From Ignavibacteriota bacterium (lineage in GTDB: Bacteria; Bacteroidota; Ignavibacteria; UBA10030; UBA6906), in NCBI GenBank assembly GCA_963801355.1, contig CAWDEM010000004.1, positions 1,593,279-1,657,278 of the forward strand: a stretch of DNA of 64,000 bases. The letters are read 5' to 3'. The position numbers were made by a program, and so were the translations under genes. Position 1 is the first letter of the stretch, and the number at the start of each line of letters is the position of its first letter. Shown piece by piece: positions 52,438-62,179 of the stretch. The notes below the pieces were generated by a model. It saw only the letters and a list, made by a program, of their open reading frames with translations. It searched no databases and had not been told where the DNA came from.

Positions 52438-53787
52438 ATGGGCGGTGAGGCACAGAATATTACGGAATGGTACCGGTCGCAGTATGAGGAGTTTCAGAAG
52501 GGACTGAACGGCGATGTGGGTGGGGCGGCTCAGAGACTGCGTACGAAGGCCATTGCCCGGTTTGCAGCGACAGGATTTCCAACAGGGCGCGATGAAGAAT
52601 GGCGGTTCACGAACACGGCGGCACTCGCACGCGTCAATTTCGTGCTGGCCGAACGGGAGAACGGCCAATACGTCACGCTGGAGACCATCAGGCCGTACCT
52701 GCTGAAGGATGACAAGATCCGGCGTGCGGTATTTGTCGACGGCCGGTTCGCACCCCATCTCTCATCGCTCGAGGGCCTGCCGGCCGGCGTCACAGTGCTT
52801 CCACTCGCGGATGCACTCAGAAAGGAACATCCGGTTGCGCTTGCGCATCTCGGGCTGCTGGCAGGCGTCGAGCAGAATGCGCTCACCGCACTGCAGTCGG
52901 CATTTCTGCTTGACGGACTGTTCGTGCATATCGCCGACGGGATCGCATGTGAAGATCCTATCCACCTCCTTTTCTATGCAGGAAAGGGGGCGCAACCGCA
53001 GGCCATTCACCCGCGCATCCTGGCCGTGACGGGAAACCGGAGCAGTCTTTCACTGATAGAAACGTATTGCGGTTCCGCAGAGGCGAGCTACTTCACCAAT
53101 GTGGTGAGCGAAGTGGCCGTCGGTGAAGAGTCGATGCTTTATTATGATATCGTGCAGGTGGAAAGCCGGTATGCGTTTCATAACGGCGCGCGTTACCTCA
53201 CGCAAGAAAGGTCAAGCACGGTGGTGGCGAACGCCCTGACATTGGGAGGAGGGTGGGTGCGAAACACCGTGCACGCACTGTTCACGGGGGAAGGCGGGGA
53301 GTGCACGCTGAACGGCCTTTCTCTGGCGGCGGGCGAACAGCTCGTGGACAATCACACCGTCATTGACCATGCCGTTCCCCGGTGCGCGAGTCACGAGCTC
53401 TACAAATCCATCCTCGACGGCAAGTCACGCGGCGTCTTTAACGGGAAAATCTTCGTCCGCCAGGACGCGCAGAAAACCGACGCGCGCCAGACGAACAAGA
53501 CACTATTGCTTTCCGACGAAGCGACCATCGACACCAAGCCCCAGCTGGAGATCTTTGCCGATGACGTGAAGTGCACGCACGGCGCGACGGTGGGGCAGCT
53601 GGACGAGGACCAGGTATTCTATCTCCGTGCCCGCGGCATCGATGTGCAGACTGCCCGGGATATGCTGACCTTTGCGTTTGCCGGCGATGTGATTGACCGC
53701 GTCCACGTTCCGGCGTTGCGTGCGACACTCGACTCGCTCCTGCATGCGCGGTTGAAGCAGGGGCGCATTACGGGGACACTCTCATGA
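52438..53787 (+). CDS. sufD: Fe-S assembly protein SufD
   Basis: [35 protein letters not shown]. Confidence 0.96.
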   Translation: MGGEAQNITEWYRSQYEEFQKGLNGDVGGAAQRLRTKAIARFAATGFPTGRDEEWRFTNTAALARVNFVLAERENGQYVTLETIRPYLLKDDKIRRAVFVDGRFAPHLSSLEGLPAGVTVLPLADALRKEHPVALAHLGLLAGVEQNALTALQSAFLLDGLFVHIADGIACEDPIHLLFYAGKGAQPQAIHPRILAVTGNRSSLSLIETYCGSAEASYFTNVVSEVAVGEESMLYYDIVQVESRYAFHNGARYLTQERSSTVVANALTLGGGWVRNTVHALFTGEGGECTLNGLSLAAGEQLVDNHTVIDHAVPRCASHELYKSILDGKSRGVFNGKIFVRQDAQKTDARQTNKTLLLSDEATIDTKPQLEIFADDVKCTHGATVGQLDEDQVFYLRARGIDVQTARDMLTFAFAGDVIDRVHVPALRATLDSLLHARLKQGRITGTLS

Positions 53788-55046
53788 CTACTGCCTCTGT
53801 CCAGGCGGCCCCGGTGTCATTTCACGATTTCATGCGGATAGCGGGCTGCCACCATCATTTTCCGCTTCTGCGCCAGCTGGTCAACGGCAAACCCCTCGTG
53901 TATTTCGATAACGCCGCAACGAGCCAGAAGCCGCAAGTGGTCATTGATGCGATGGTGCGTTACTACGAGTCGGTGAACTCCAACATCCATCGCGGTGTGC
54001 ACTACCTGAGCGAGCGGGCCACGCAGGCCTACGAAGAGGTCCGCGTCAAAACACGGGACTACGTGCATGCGGTGGACCAGCGCGAGATTATTTTTGTCCG
54101 GGGAGCGACGGAAGCGATCAATCTTGTTGCACACAGCTTCGGTAGACGGTACGTCCGCGCGGGTGACGAGATCCTCATATCGACGATGGAGCACCATTCC
54201 AACATCGTTCCCTGGCAGATCCTGTGCGAAGAGCTCGGGACGAAACTCACCGTGATTCCGATGAATGATCGCGGGGAGTTGATTCTTGAGGAATTCGAGC
54301 GGTTGCTCACCGGAAAGACCAGGATTCTGGCTGTGACGCACGTGTCAAACGCCCTGGGGACTATCAACCCGGTGAAGGAGTTGATTGCCAGAGCGCATGC
54401 ACAGGGTATCCCCGTACTGGTGGATGGTGCACAGGCGGTGCCCCACATGCGCGTCGACGTGCAGGATCTGGATTGTGATTTCTATGCGTTTTCGGCACAC
54501 AAGATGTTCGGCCCGACAGGTGTCGGTGTGCTCTACGGGAAGAGCAAATGGCTGGAAGAGATGCCGCCGTACCAGGGCGGTGGCGATATGATCAAGTCTG
54601 TGACGTTCGAAAAGACCCTCTACAACGATATCCCGTACAAGTTTGAAGCCGGGACGCCGAACATCGGAGGTGGGATCGGTCTCGGTGCGGCGATCGACTA
54701 TCTCCATGAGATCGATCTGGATGCAATCCAGCAATTTGAGCATGAACTTCTTGTCTACGCAACAGAAAAGCTCCTGACCATTCCGGGTGTGAAAATCATC
54801 GGGACCGCGCAGAAGAAGGCGGGAGTGCTGTCATTTACCCTGGAAGGGATCCATCCGCACGATATCGGAACGATCCTCGATGTCGAGGGGATAGCGATCC
54901 GGACGGGCCATCATTGTGCGCAACCCGTCATGAAGTTCTTCGGTGTTCCCGCCACCGCCAGGGTCTCCTTTGCGTTCTACAATACCAAGGAAGAGGTCGA
55001 CGCATTCATCAAGGCGATGTACAAAGTCATCGAGGTCCTCGGCTGA
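53784..55046 (+). CDS. sufS: Group II cysteine desulfurase
   Basis: [28 protein letters not shown]. Confidence 0.96.
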   Translation: MTTASVQAAPVSFHDFMRIAGCHHHFPLLRQLVNGKPLVYFDNAATSQKPQVVIDAMVRYYESVNSNIHRGVHYLSERATQAYEEVRVKTRDYVHAVDQREIIFVRGATEAINLVAHSFGRRYVRAGDEILISTMEHHSNIVPWQILCEELGTKLTVIPMNDRGELILEEFERLLTGKTRILAVTHVSNALGTINPVKELIARAHAQGIPVLVDGAQAVPHMRVDVQDLDCDFYAFSAHKMFGPTGVGVLYGKSKWLEEMPPYQGGGDMIKSVTFEKTLYNDIPYKFEAGTPNIGGGIGLGAAIDYLHEIDLDAIQQFEHELLVYATEKLLTIPGVKIIGTAQKKAGVLSFTLEGIHPHDIGTILDVEGIAIRTGHHCAQPVMKFFGVPATARVSFAFYNTKEEVDAFIKAMYKVIEVLG

Positions 55047-55498
55047 TGTCGCACGTCAACGAGCTCTACCAACAGGTGATCCTGGATCACAACAAGTCCC
55101 CCCGCAACTTCCGTGCGATGGACAATGCGACGCGCCGTGTTGAGGGGTTCAATCCGCTCTGCGGGGATCATTACACCGTCTACGTGAAACTTGAGGGCGA
55201 ACGGATCGCCGACATTAGTTTTGAAGGAGCAGGGTGCGCCATCTCCAAGGCCTCCGCCTCGGTCATGAGCAGCATGGTGAAAGGGCGTACGATCAGAGAA
55301 GCCGAGGAACTTTTCCGGGACTTCCATCGGTTAGTAACAGGTGAGGCGGAGGGGGAAGGCTCGATCGAGCGTCTGGGGAAGCTTGCGGCGTTTGCGGGAG
55401 TGAGCGAATTTCCGGCGCGCGTCAAGTGTGCAAGTCTCGCATGGCATACGTTGCACGCCGCCGTACAATCAGATGCGACCACGGTATCCACGGAGTGA
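55046..55498 (+). CDS. sufU: SUF system NifU-like sulfur-transfer protein
   Basis: NPLCGD, GCAISKAS, ARVKCASLAW. Confidence 0.94.
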   Translation: MSHVNELYQQVILDHNKSPRNFRAMDNATRRVEGFNPLCGDHYTVYVKLEGERIADISFEGAGCAISKASASVMSSMVKGRTIREAEELFRDFHRLVTGEAEGEGSIERLGKLAAFAGVSEFPARVKCASLAWHTLHAAVQSDATTVSTE

Positions 55499-55500
55499 AC

Positions 55501-55848
55501 ATGTCGGAAACGACCAGCAGCGTCACGGAGATCAGCACGGTCGAGCAGAAATTGCTCGAAGGTCTGGCGGTGGAAGGAATCAGAAAGTGCTATGATCCCG
55601 AGATCCCCGTCAACATCTACGACCTGGGGCTGGTGTATGATGTGCGTGTCGATGCCAGGGCGGAGGCCACCATCACCATGACGCTCACATCGCCGTATTG
55701 CCCGGCGGCACAGACATTACCGAAGGATGTCGATGCGCGGGTGCGTGCAGTCCCCGGCATCCGCGATGTCCATGTGAACGTTGTATGGGAACCCACGTGG
55801 AATCCCAGCATGATGACCGAAGCAGCAAAACTGGAACTCGGATTCTAA
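55501..55848 (+). CDS. sufT: DUF59/SufT Fe-S maturation protein
   Basis: DPEIPVNIYDLGL, MTLTSPYCP, VWEPTW. Confidence 0.92.
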   Translation: MSETTSSVTEISTVEQKLLEGLAVEGIRKCYDPEIPVNIYDLGLVYDVRVDARAEATITMTLTSPYCPAAQTLPKDVDARVRAVPGIRDVHVNVVWEPTWNPSMMTEAAKLELGF

Positions 55849-55862
55849 ACAGAGAGGAATTC

Positions 55863-56232
55863 ATGAACGATACCATGACAACTCCGGCGGCAATCGTCAA
55901 CGATGAGATCACCCTTACGGAGAAAGCTGTGGCGCAGGTGCGTCTACCTCATGGCTCAGGAGAACATCCCCGAAACCCACGGGTTGCGCGTCAGCGTGAA
56001 AGGAGGCGGATGTTCGGGCCTCTCGTACGTGATGGGGTTTGACGCAAGCCCGAAGGAATCCGACAGGGTCATGCAGGTGTACGGCCTCCGGGTGTTTGTG
56101 GATCCCAAAAGCCTGTTTCACATTTCCGGAACCGTGTTGGACTACAGTGACGGATTGAACGGGAAGGGATTTATTTTCCAGAACCCCAAAGCCGCGCGGA
56201 CATGCGGCTGCGGCAGTTCATTCGGAGTGTAG
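55863..56232 (+). pseudogene. A-type Fe-S carrier (IscA/SufA/ErpA family) split by one extra base near 55945
   Basis: ITLTEKAVAQVR in one frame; LMAQE..GGGCSG..CGCGSSF in the next; may be a sequencing error. Confidence 0.8.
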
Positions 56233-56236
56233 CCCC

Positions 56237-56983
56237 ATGAGACGCAGAGCATTCGTCAAGAACATCGCTGCGGGCGGCCTGCTGACGCTGGCACCGCAAT
56301 TCAAGAGTGTTGCATCACTACTCTCTCAACCAGTACAACCAGAGGAGAACAAAACCATGTCGTACGAGTGGAAATTCAACCCCCGTCCCTATTCCGATGA
56401 AGAAGCGAAGAAGCTCCTTGCACCTGTGGTGGATGCGGAGACAACCGATTGGCATTACAACACGCATCACAAGGGATACGTGACAGCGTTGAACAATATC
56501 GAGAAAGCCCTGGAAACGGCGGACCGGGGAGCGGCGAACGGCAACTACAGCCAGATCGGCGAGCTCAAACGCCGCACCACCTGGAACCATGGCGGCACCT
56601 TGCTGCATGATGTGTACTGGGAGGTCATGGGGGGCGATGGCGATCCCTCGAAGGGACCTGCAGTCAAGGCCGCAATCGAAAAGGAATTCGGGTCTTTCGA
56701 TGCGTGGAAGGCCGACTTCAAAGCCTCTGCGCTTGCGGCAAAATTGAGCGGCTGGGGTGTGTTGACATTTGACATGCTCTACTCACGCCGCCTGCTCAAC
56801 GTGCTTGTCGACGAGCATCATTATGGCGCAATCTGGGGAGGTATTCCGTTGATCGCCCTGGATGTGTTCGAGCACGCGTACTATCACAAAGACGGCCCGA
56901 AGCGTGCCGCGTACATTGACAACTTCATTTCGCACATCCACTGGGGTCGCGTCAACGACCGCTACACGAAGTACGCCAGGTAG
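56237..56983 (+). CDS. Fe/Mn superoxide dismutase with Tat-like N-terminal extension
   Basis: WHYNTHHKGY, NHGG..LH, DVFEHAYY; MRRRAFVK; alternative start at 56357. Confidence 0.9.
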   Translation: MRRRAFVKNIAAGGLLTLAPQFKSVASLLSQPVQPEENKTMSYEWKFNPRPYSDEEAKKLLAPVVDAETTDWHYNTHHKGYVTALNNIEKALETADRGAANGNYSQIGELKRRTTWNHGGTLLHDVYWEVMGGDGDPSKGPAVKAAIEKEFGSFDAWKADFKASALAAKLSGWGVLTFDMLYSRRLLNVLVDEHHYGAIWGGIPLIALDVFEHAYYHKDGPKRAAYIDNFISHIHWGRVNDRYTKYAR

Positions 56984-56995
56984 ATGATACAGCTG

Positions 56996-57199
56996 ATGAA
57001 ATGGACATGGCAGGATATCGACGAATTGGCGCATGATCTCGCCGAGCGGTATCCCGGCGAAGATCCGTTGCGGCTCTCAACGAAAGACGTGCAGCGCCTC
57101 GTGGTGGCGATGCCGTCGTTCGGGGATGAACCGGATGCGGCGACCGAGAGCATTCTGGAATCCATTCAAGCGTCCTGGTACGAGGGTCGCGAAGGGTAG
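56996..57199 (+). CDS. iscX: Fe-S assembly protein IscX
   Basis: W.DI.ELA..L.E.YP..DP...F.D.P....E.ILE.IQ..W pattern. Confidence 0.88.
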   Translation: MKWTWQDIDELAHDLAERYPGEDPLRLSTKDVQRLVVAMPSFGDEPDAATESILESIQASWYEGREG

Positions 57200-57287
57200 G
57201 GCGGGCCGTTTGAGGCAGTCCGGATTCTGAAGGCTACGTGTGGAATCAGGATCGAGGAGAGGTTGAGTCACCAGGAATCGGCGGGTT

Positions 57288-57330
57288 GACCCGTCGTCAT
57301 CCGAAGAGGAGGCGACGGGTCTGTTTTTTC
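57288..57330 (+). terminator. Rho-independent terminator of Fe-S operon
   Basis: GACCCGTCG...CGACGGGTC followed by TGTTTTTT. Confidence 0.8.
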
Positions 57331-57359
57331 TTGAAGTTCTTCGTGCTTTTCGGTATACT
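57331..57359 (+). promoter_or_regulatory. Sigma70-like promoter
   Basis: TTGAAG-N17-TATACT. Confidence 0.55.
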
Positions 57360-57380
57360 TCGTTCAGCATCCGGGCTTCC

Positions 57381-58001
57381 ATGGACCTTACGCAGCTCCC
57401 TCTGTTTCCGCTGCAAGTCGTGCTCTTGCCGCATGCAGCGCTCCCGCTGCACATCTTTGAAGAGCGGTACAAGGTGTTGATCCGTCAGTGCATACGGGAG
57501 TCGTCCGAATTCGGCGTTGTGTTGAGCCGGGACAAGTTGTTTGCGACTATAGGATGCGCGGCAGGGATCACGGCGGTGTTACGGACCTACGACGACGGGC
57601 AGATGGATATTCTGGCGGAGGGGCGGGAGCGATTCCGGATTGTCGAGGTGCGGACGGCCGGGACACCGTATGCGGTCGCTGAAGTGGAGTTCTTCACCGA
57701 CGACGAACCCATGGCAGATCCGTCGTTGGTTGCAGAAACAGTCGGGTTGTACAACCAGCTCGTGCAGATTGTCTACGGCGAGAGGGTGAAGCAACTTGAC
57801 CCTGATGCTGTCACCCCGGGCATAGCATTCGTGATGGCGCAGAAGGCGGGACTCGAGCTGGAACAACGGCAGAGCATTTTGGAACTCAGATCGGAGCGTC
57901 AGCGGCTGGAAATGTTGCGGGAGTATTTGCTCGATGTTCTGCCGCGGCTCAAGAAATTCGAAGAAGTGGAGCGCATTGTCCGCTCGGATGGATATCTGTA
58001 G
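57381..58001 (+). CDS. Stand-alone Lon N-terminal (substrate-binding) domain protein
   Basis: LPLFPL, LPLHIFEERY, G.ERFRI. Confidence 0.9.
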   Translation: MDLTQLPLFPLQVVLLPHAALPLHIFEERYKVLIRQCIRESSEFGVVLSRDKLFATIGCAAGITAVLRTYDDGQMDILAEGRERFRIVEVRTAGTPYAVAEVEFFTDDEPMADPSLVAETVGLYNQLVQIVYGERVKQLDPDAVTPGIAFVMAQKAGLELEQRQSILELRSERQRLEMLREYLLDVLPRLKKFEEVERIVRSDGYL

Positions 58002-58035
58002 ACATCAATGCAACGAAGTGTAAAGGAGAATCGAG

Positions 58036-58131
58036 ATGAACAAGAAGAGAAAGGCTGCGCGGAAGAAGCACCGCAAAGCGGTCACCCGTTCCAAGGCAAA
58101 ACGCAAAGTGCAGATGAGCAAGCAGAAGTAG
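58036..58131 (+). CDS. Small highly basic protein (31 aa)
   Basis: AAGGAG RBS; MNKKRKAARKKHRKAVTRSKAKRKVQMSKQK*; below ORF-track cut-off. Confidence 0.65.
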   Translation: MNKKRKAARKKHRKAVTRSKAKRKVQMSKQK

Positions 58132-58187
58132 TGCTCTCAACGTCAAGGTGATCAATCCGGTCACCTTCTCTGTTTGAGGAGTCGGCG

Positions 58188-59042
58188 ATGATCTTCCGGT
58201 TCGGCAAGCGGGACGTCGATTTTGCCGCGCGAACGCATATCATGGGCATACTGAACGTGACCCCCGATTCGTTTTCGGACGGGGGGAAGTTTCTGGATCC
58301 CTCGTTTGCGATCGAGCGCGGGCTGATGTTGATCGGGGAGGGAGCGGATTTTGTCGACGTTGGGGGGGAGTCGAGCCGTCCGCGCGGGACGATGTATGGT
58401 CAGGGGGCGCAACCGGTGACCGCGGAAGAAGAGTTGCGGAGAGTGATTCCGGTGATCCGGGGCCTGGTGCGTCAAACCGATATACCGGTGTCAGTCGATA
58501 CGTGCAAGTCCGTTGTTGCCCGTGAGGCTCTCGAGGCGGGGGCTGTCATCGTCAACGATATCAGCGGGTTTGGCGCGGATGCGGAGATGCCGGGGGTCGT
58601 TGGTGCGGCGGGGGGGTCGGTAGTCGTGATGCACATGCGCGGTACGCCGCGCACGATGCAGCAACAAACCACGTATGCGGATCTCTTCGGCGAAATCCGC
58701 GAAGTGCTGGCGGCGGCAGTGGCGAAAGCGCGGGAGGCGGGGATTGCGCAGGTCATTGTTGATCCCGGAATCGGCTTTGCGAAAGGGCTCCAGGACAACC
58801 TGCGATTGATGTCCGGCGCAAAGGAGCTTGCCTCCCTTGGCTGTCCGGTGCTCGTGGGCCCCTCACGAAAAGCTTTCATCGGTGAGATTCTCGGACTTCC
58901 GGTAGGGGACCGGCTTGAGGGCACGATAGGTGCAGCGGTTGCCGCTGCCATGTGCGGTGCTCACATTGTCAGGGTACACGACGTGCAGCCTGTGCGACGG
59001 GCCCTGATGATTGCCGACGCCATTCACCAAGCACGCGGGTGA
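58188..59042 (+). CDS. folP: Dihydropteroate synthase
   Basis: MGILNVTPDSFSDGG, DPGIGF, SRK, RVHDV. Confidence 0.96.
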   Translation: MIFRFGKRDVDFAARTHIMGILNVTPDSFSDGGKFLDPSFAIERGLMLIGEGADFVDVGGESSRPRGTMYGQGAQPVTAEEELRRVIPVIRGLVRQTDIPVSVDTCKSVVAREALEAGAVIVNDISGFGADAEMPGVVGAAGGSVVVMHMRGTPRTMQQQTTYADLFGEIREVLAAAVAKAREAGIAQVIVDPGIGFAKGLQDNLRLMSGAKELASLGCPVLVGPSRKAFIGEILGLPVGDRLEGTIGAAVAAAMCGAHIVRVHDVQPVRRALMIADAIHQARG

Positions 59043-59046
59043 ACCT

Positions 59047-59862
59047 ATGGAACTTTTTCGCATTGGATTTCTCTCCGTCACGCTGATCGATCTCATCGAT
59101 ATCGCGCTGGTGTCCGCCCTTTCTTACAGGCTCTATCTGGCGGTTCAGGGAACCATCGCGATCCAGATTTTTGCCGGATTGGTCCTGGTGTTGGGATTTG
59201 CGTTTATCGCGCAGGCCCTGAACCTGAAGGCGATGACATCCATTCTCCGCACGATCACCGATATTTGGGTCATTGCATTCATCATCCTCTTTCAGCCGGA
59301 ACTGCGTCGTCTGCTTGTGCTCGTCGGGCGGACTCCGGTGGTCCGCCTCTTCCTCAAAATGAATGTGGACGAATCCATTGATGAAGTCACAGGAGCGGTG
59401 GCCGAGCTCTCCCGCAAGAAGTACGGGGCGTTGATTGTATTCGTGCGCGCGACCGGCATCCGGATGCACGCAGAAACCGGGACCCGGCTGGACGCCACGA
59501 TCAGCCGCACGTTGCTGCTCTCGATCTTCAACCCGCGTTCGCCGCTACACGACGGTGCGGTCGTCATCAAAGACCGGGTTGTTGAGGCCGCGCGGTGCAC
59601 GCTCCCGCTTTCGAGTATCACAACCTGGCAGGGACATCTTCTTGGGACCCGGCACCGGGCCGGGCTCGGTATTTCAGAGCAGGCAGATGTCATCGTGGTC
59701 ATCGTATCCGAAGAAACCGGGACAATTTCCATTGCCGAGAACGGTACGTTGTACCGTGAGATAGCTCCGGGCGCACTCCAGCGCGAGTTGCGGTCGCGGC
59801 TGGCCGTTGACAGTGACAGGTCATTTGCATCCATCTGGAAGGCATTGCGCGCTTCAGCCTGA
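59047..59862 (+). CDS. cdaA: Diadenylate cyclase (CdaA/DacA)
   Basis: Three TMs, FQPELR, PLHDGA, GTRHRA, VSEETG. Confidence 0.94.
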   Translation: MELFRIGFLSVTLIDLIDIALVSALSYRLYLAVQGTIAIQIFAGLVLVLGFAFIAQALNLKAMTSILRTITDIWVIAFIILFQPELRRLLVLVGRTPVVRLFLKMNVDESIDEVTGAVAELSRKKYGALIVFVRATGIRMHAETGTRLDATISRTLLLSIFNPRSPLHDGAVVIKDRVVEAARCTLPLSSITTWQGHLLGTRHRAGLGISEQADVIVVIVSEETGTISIAENGTLYREIAPGALQRELRSRLAVDSDRSFASIWKALRASA

Positions 59863-59878
59863 TTCCTTCTCAAACCTC

Positions 59879-60544
59879 ATGATCATTCCAATAAGTGGTG
59901 GGCGCACCGGTGTGCGTCGTTTTGCAGAAGAGCGCAACGAGATGGTGCGGTTGATACGTGAACGCGGCGTGACCGATGAGCGCGTTCTTTCTGCGCTGAA
60001 CACCGTTGAGCGGCATCTTTTCCTTCCGGAGCACTTTGCCGTCAGGGCGTATGACGATACGTCGTTGCCGATTGGCGAAGGCCAGACGATTTCGCAACCG
60101 TATACGGTGGCCTTCATGACGGAGGCACTCCGTGTCAGGAGCGGGGATAAGATCCTGGAGGTCGGCACCGGGTCCGGATATCAGGCTGCCGTGCTTGCGG
60201 TTCTCGGGGCGCATGTGTTCACGATCGAACGGAGTCTTGAACTGCTTGCGGGTGCCCGGAGGATACTTGAGCGGTTGCACTACAAGGTTGCTTCCCGGGG
60301 TGGCGACGGCACGGTAGGGTGGACCGCACACGCGCCCTACCAGGGGGTCATTGTCACTGCAGCTGCTCCTGATGTACCGCAGCCCCTGCTGGATCAGCTG
60401 GCGGATGGCGGGCGGCTGGTGATCCCCGTAGGGGGGAGGGAGATCCAGTCCATCGTTATCGTTGAAAGGCGTGGCGACTCGTTTGAACGGACGGAGGCAC
60501 CGGGCTTCAAGTTTGTTCCGCTCATAGGCAAGATGGGGTGGTGA
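59879..60544 (+). CDS. pcm: Protein-L-isoaspartate O-methyltransferase
   Basis: GQTISQPY, LEVGTGSGYQAA, FVPLIG; start uncertain. Confidence 0.94.
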   Translation: MIIPISGGRTGVRRFAEERNEMVRLIRERGVTDERVLSALNTVERHLFLPEHFAVRAYDDTSLPIGEGQTISQPYTVAFMTEALRVRSGDKILEVGTGSGYQAAVLAVLGAHVFTIERSLELLAGARRILERLHYKVASRGGDGTVGWTAHAPYQGVIVTAAAPDVPQPLLDQLADGGRLVIPVGGREIQSIVIVERRGDSFERTEAPGFKFVPLIGKMGW

Positions 60545-61602
60545 AGCAGACGATGGATTCGAAGTCTGGCGGTCGGGATACAGTCTCAAGCACAGTTGAT
60601 TCGGAATCTCGTGATAAGAATCCAGAATGCAGTATAGGTGATTCAGAATACAGTAAGGGGTGCTCGGAATCCATAAATGTCATAGTGTTGGTGGGGCCCA
60701 CTGCATCTGGGAAGACTTCTGTATCGCTCCCGCTTGCGGAGCGACTCGGGGCGGAAATCATCTCTGCTGACTCGCGACAGATTTACCGGTATATGGATAT
60801 TGGCACTGCGAAGCCGACGGTGGTAGAGCGCGCGCGGGTACATCATCATTTCATCGACATCCGGAATCCCGATCAGGACTACAGTGCCGGCGAGTTCGGG
60901 ATACGCGGGAGGGAAGAGATCGAGCGGATTTTCTCGAGGGGACATTTGCCTCTTGTGGTGGGGGGATCGGGTCTCTATGTACAGGCATTGATCGATGGTT
61001 TCTTTGATGGTCCGCCGGCGGATCCCGAAGTGCGGAACACGATTGAGGAGCGGTTCGCCCGGGGAGGAGTGGAAGAGTTGATTGGCGAGCTTCGTCGGGT
61101 AGATCCGGTGTTTGCGTCACGTGTGGATCCGACGAAGCCGCGGCGGATGATCCGGGCGCTTGAGGTGTTTCATGTGACCGGGGTGCCTATCTCGCGGCTG
61201 CATGAGGAGCAGAGGACCGAGATACCATTCAAGTCCAGGATATTCGGGTTGACGTGGCCCAAGCCCGATCTTCACAGGAGGATCGGGGAGCGGTGCACGA
61301 AGATGCTTGAGGGTGGGCTGCTGGATGAAGTAGAGGGACTGGTGCGGAGGGGGTATGGTCCGGAGTTGAACGCGTTGAACACCGTTGGATACGCCGAAGC
61401 ATTTGCGTTTCGGGAGGGGAGGATTTCGCGGGAGGAAATGGAGGAGCTGTTTTGCAGGAACACCCGGCGATACGCAAAGAGGCAGATGACATGGTTCCGG
61501 AGGAATGGGCGGATTGAGTGGTTGGAGATGGCGGAGGGGAGGAGTGCGGAGGATGTTGCGGGGGAGATCGTGGAGCGATTGGGAGACGGTTCAAGAAAGT
61601 GA
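60538..61602 (+). CDS. miaA: tRNA dimethylallyltransferase
   Basis: GPTASGKT, SADSRQIY, DIGTAKP, VGGSGLY, YAKRQMTWF; true start uncertain. Confidence 0.95.
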   Translation: MVKQTMDSKSGGRDTVSSTVDSESRDKNPECSIGDSEYSKGCSESINVIVLVGPTASGKTSVSLPLAERLGAEIISADSRQIYRYMDIGTAKPTVVERARVHHHFIDIRNPDQDYSAGEFGIRGREEIERIFSRGHLPLVVGGSGLYVQALIDGFFDGPPADPEVRNTIEERFARGGVEELIGELRRVDPVFASRVDPTKPRRMIRALEVFHVTGVPISRLHEEQRTEIPFKSRIFGLTWPKPDLHRRIGERCTKMLEGGLLDEVEGLVRRGYGPELNALNTVGYAEAFAFREGRISREEMEELFCRNTRRYAKRQMTWFRRNGRIEWLEMAEGRSAEDVAGEIVERLGDGSRK

Positions 61603-61735
61603 TGTCGGATTTTGTAGGTTCGGCTGGTTTTGAAGCTTGTGATGACGGGTTTCGGGTCCCCGGATGGGTTTGAGTCAGGGAATCCTCTTGCTTGGGAGTT
61701 GGATTCTTCGTAATTTTATGTCGCTGTAGAATCAT

Positions 61736-61832
61736 CGGGGCGTAGCGCAGCTCCGTCTCCGCCTTTTGGCGGAGACGAGAGTCTCGTCCCCACGCAGTCG
61801 GGGACGGACCCGGCTAGCGCTCGGTTCGGGGA
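61736..61832 (+). pseudogene. Interrupted 5' half of a tRNA-Pro copy with a 58-nt hairpin insertion in the D-loop
   Basis: 61736-61751 equals 61885-61900; 61810-61820 equals 61901-61911; then degenerate anticodon region, no T-arm. Confidence 0.75.
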
Positions 61833-61884
61833 TCGGAAGAGAGAAGCATGTTTGCGGTTCATCGAGTAACTGTTTGTATCAAAT

Positions 61885-61959
61885 CGGGGCGTAGCGCAGC
61901 CCGGCTAGCGCGCTTGGTTCGGGACCAAGAGGCCGGGGGTTCAAATCCCCCCGCCCCGA
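61885..61959 (+). tRNA. tRNA-Pro (CGG), CCA not encoded
   Basis: CGGGGCG acceptor stem, CTTGG-TTCGGGA-CCAAG anticodon arm, TTCAAAT T-loop. Confidence 0.96.
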
Positions 61960-62082
61960 CGAAAAAGGGCAGTTTTGAGGTGAGTCAATAATTGAGTGTG
62001 ACAGATTTGTGCTAGTACTTTTGTGTCTGGTACACCAAAATCGATCGCTGCTGCCCTGTTTTCGATGAGTGGGAAGGATGAA

Positions 62083-62179
62083 CTTGTCCCGGGACCAAGA
62101 GGTCCCGGGTAGCAATAATCGGTCATTGGCGCTTTGTTTTCGCGAGGCGTGAAAACTGCTCTTGTCCCGGGACCAAGAG
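62083..62179 (+). repeat. Exact 19-bp direct repeat CTTGTCCCGGGACCAAGAG (78-nt period) resembling the tRNA-Pro anticodon arm
   Basis: Copies at 62083-62101 and 62161-62179. Confidence 0.85.

Noticed and set aside
57200-57287. Possible sRNA between iscX and terminator
   Set aside because: Only a short imperfect stem; no recognisable RNA family
61752-61809. Functional tRNA intron
   Set aside because: The interrupted copy lacks a proper anticodon stem, T-arm and acceptor 3' strand, so splicing would not give a tRNA
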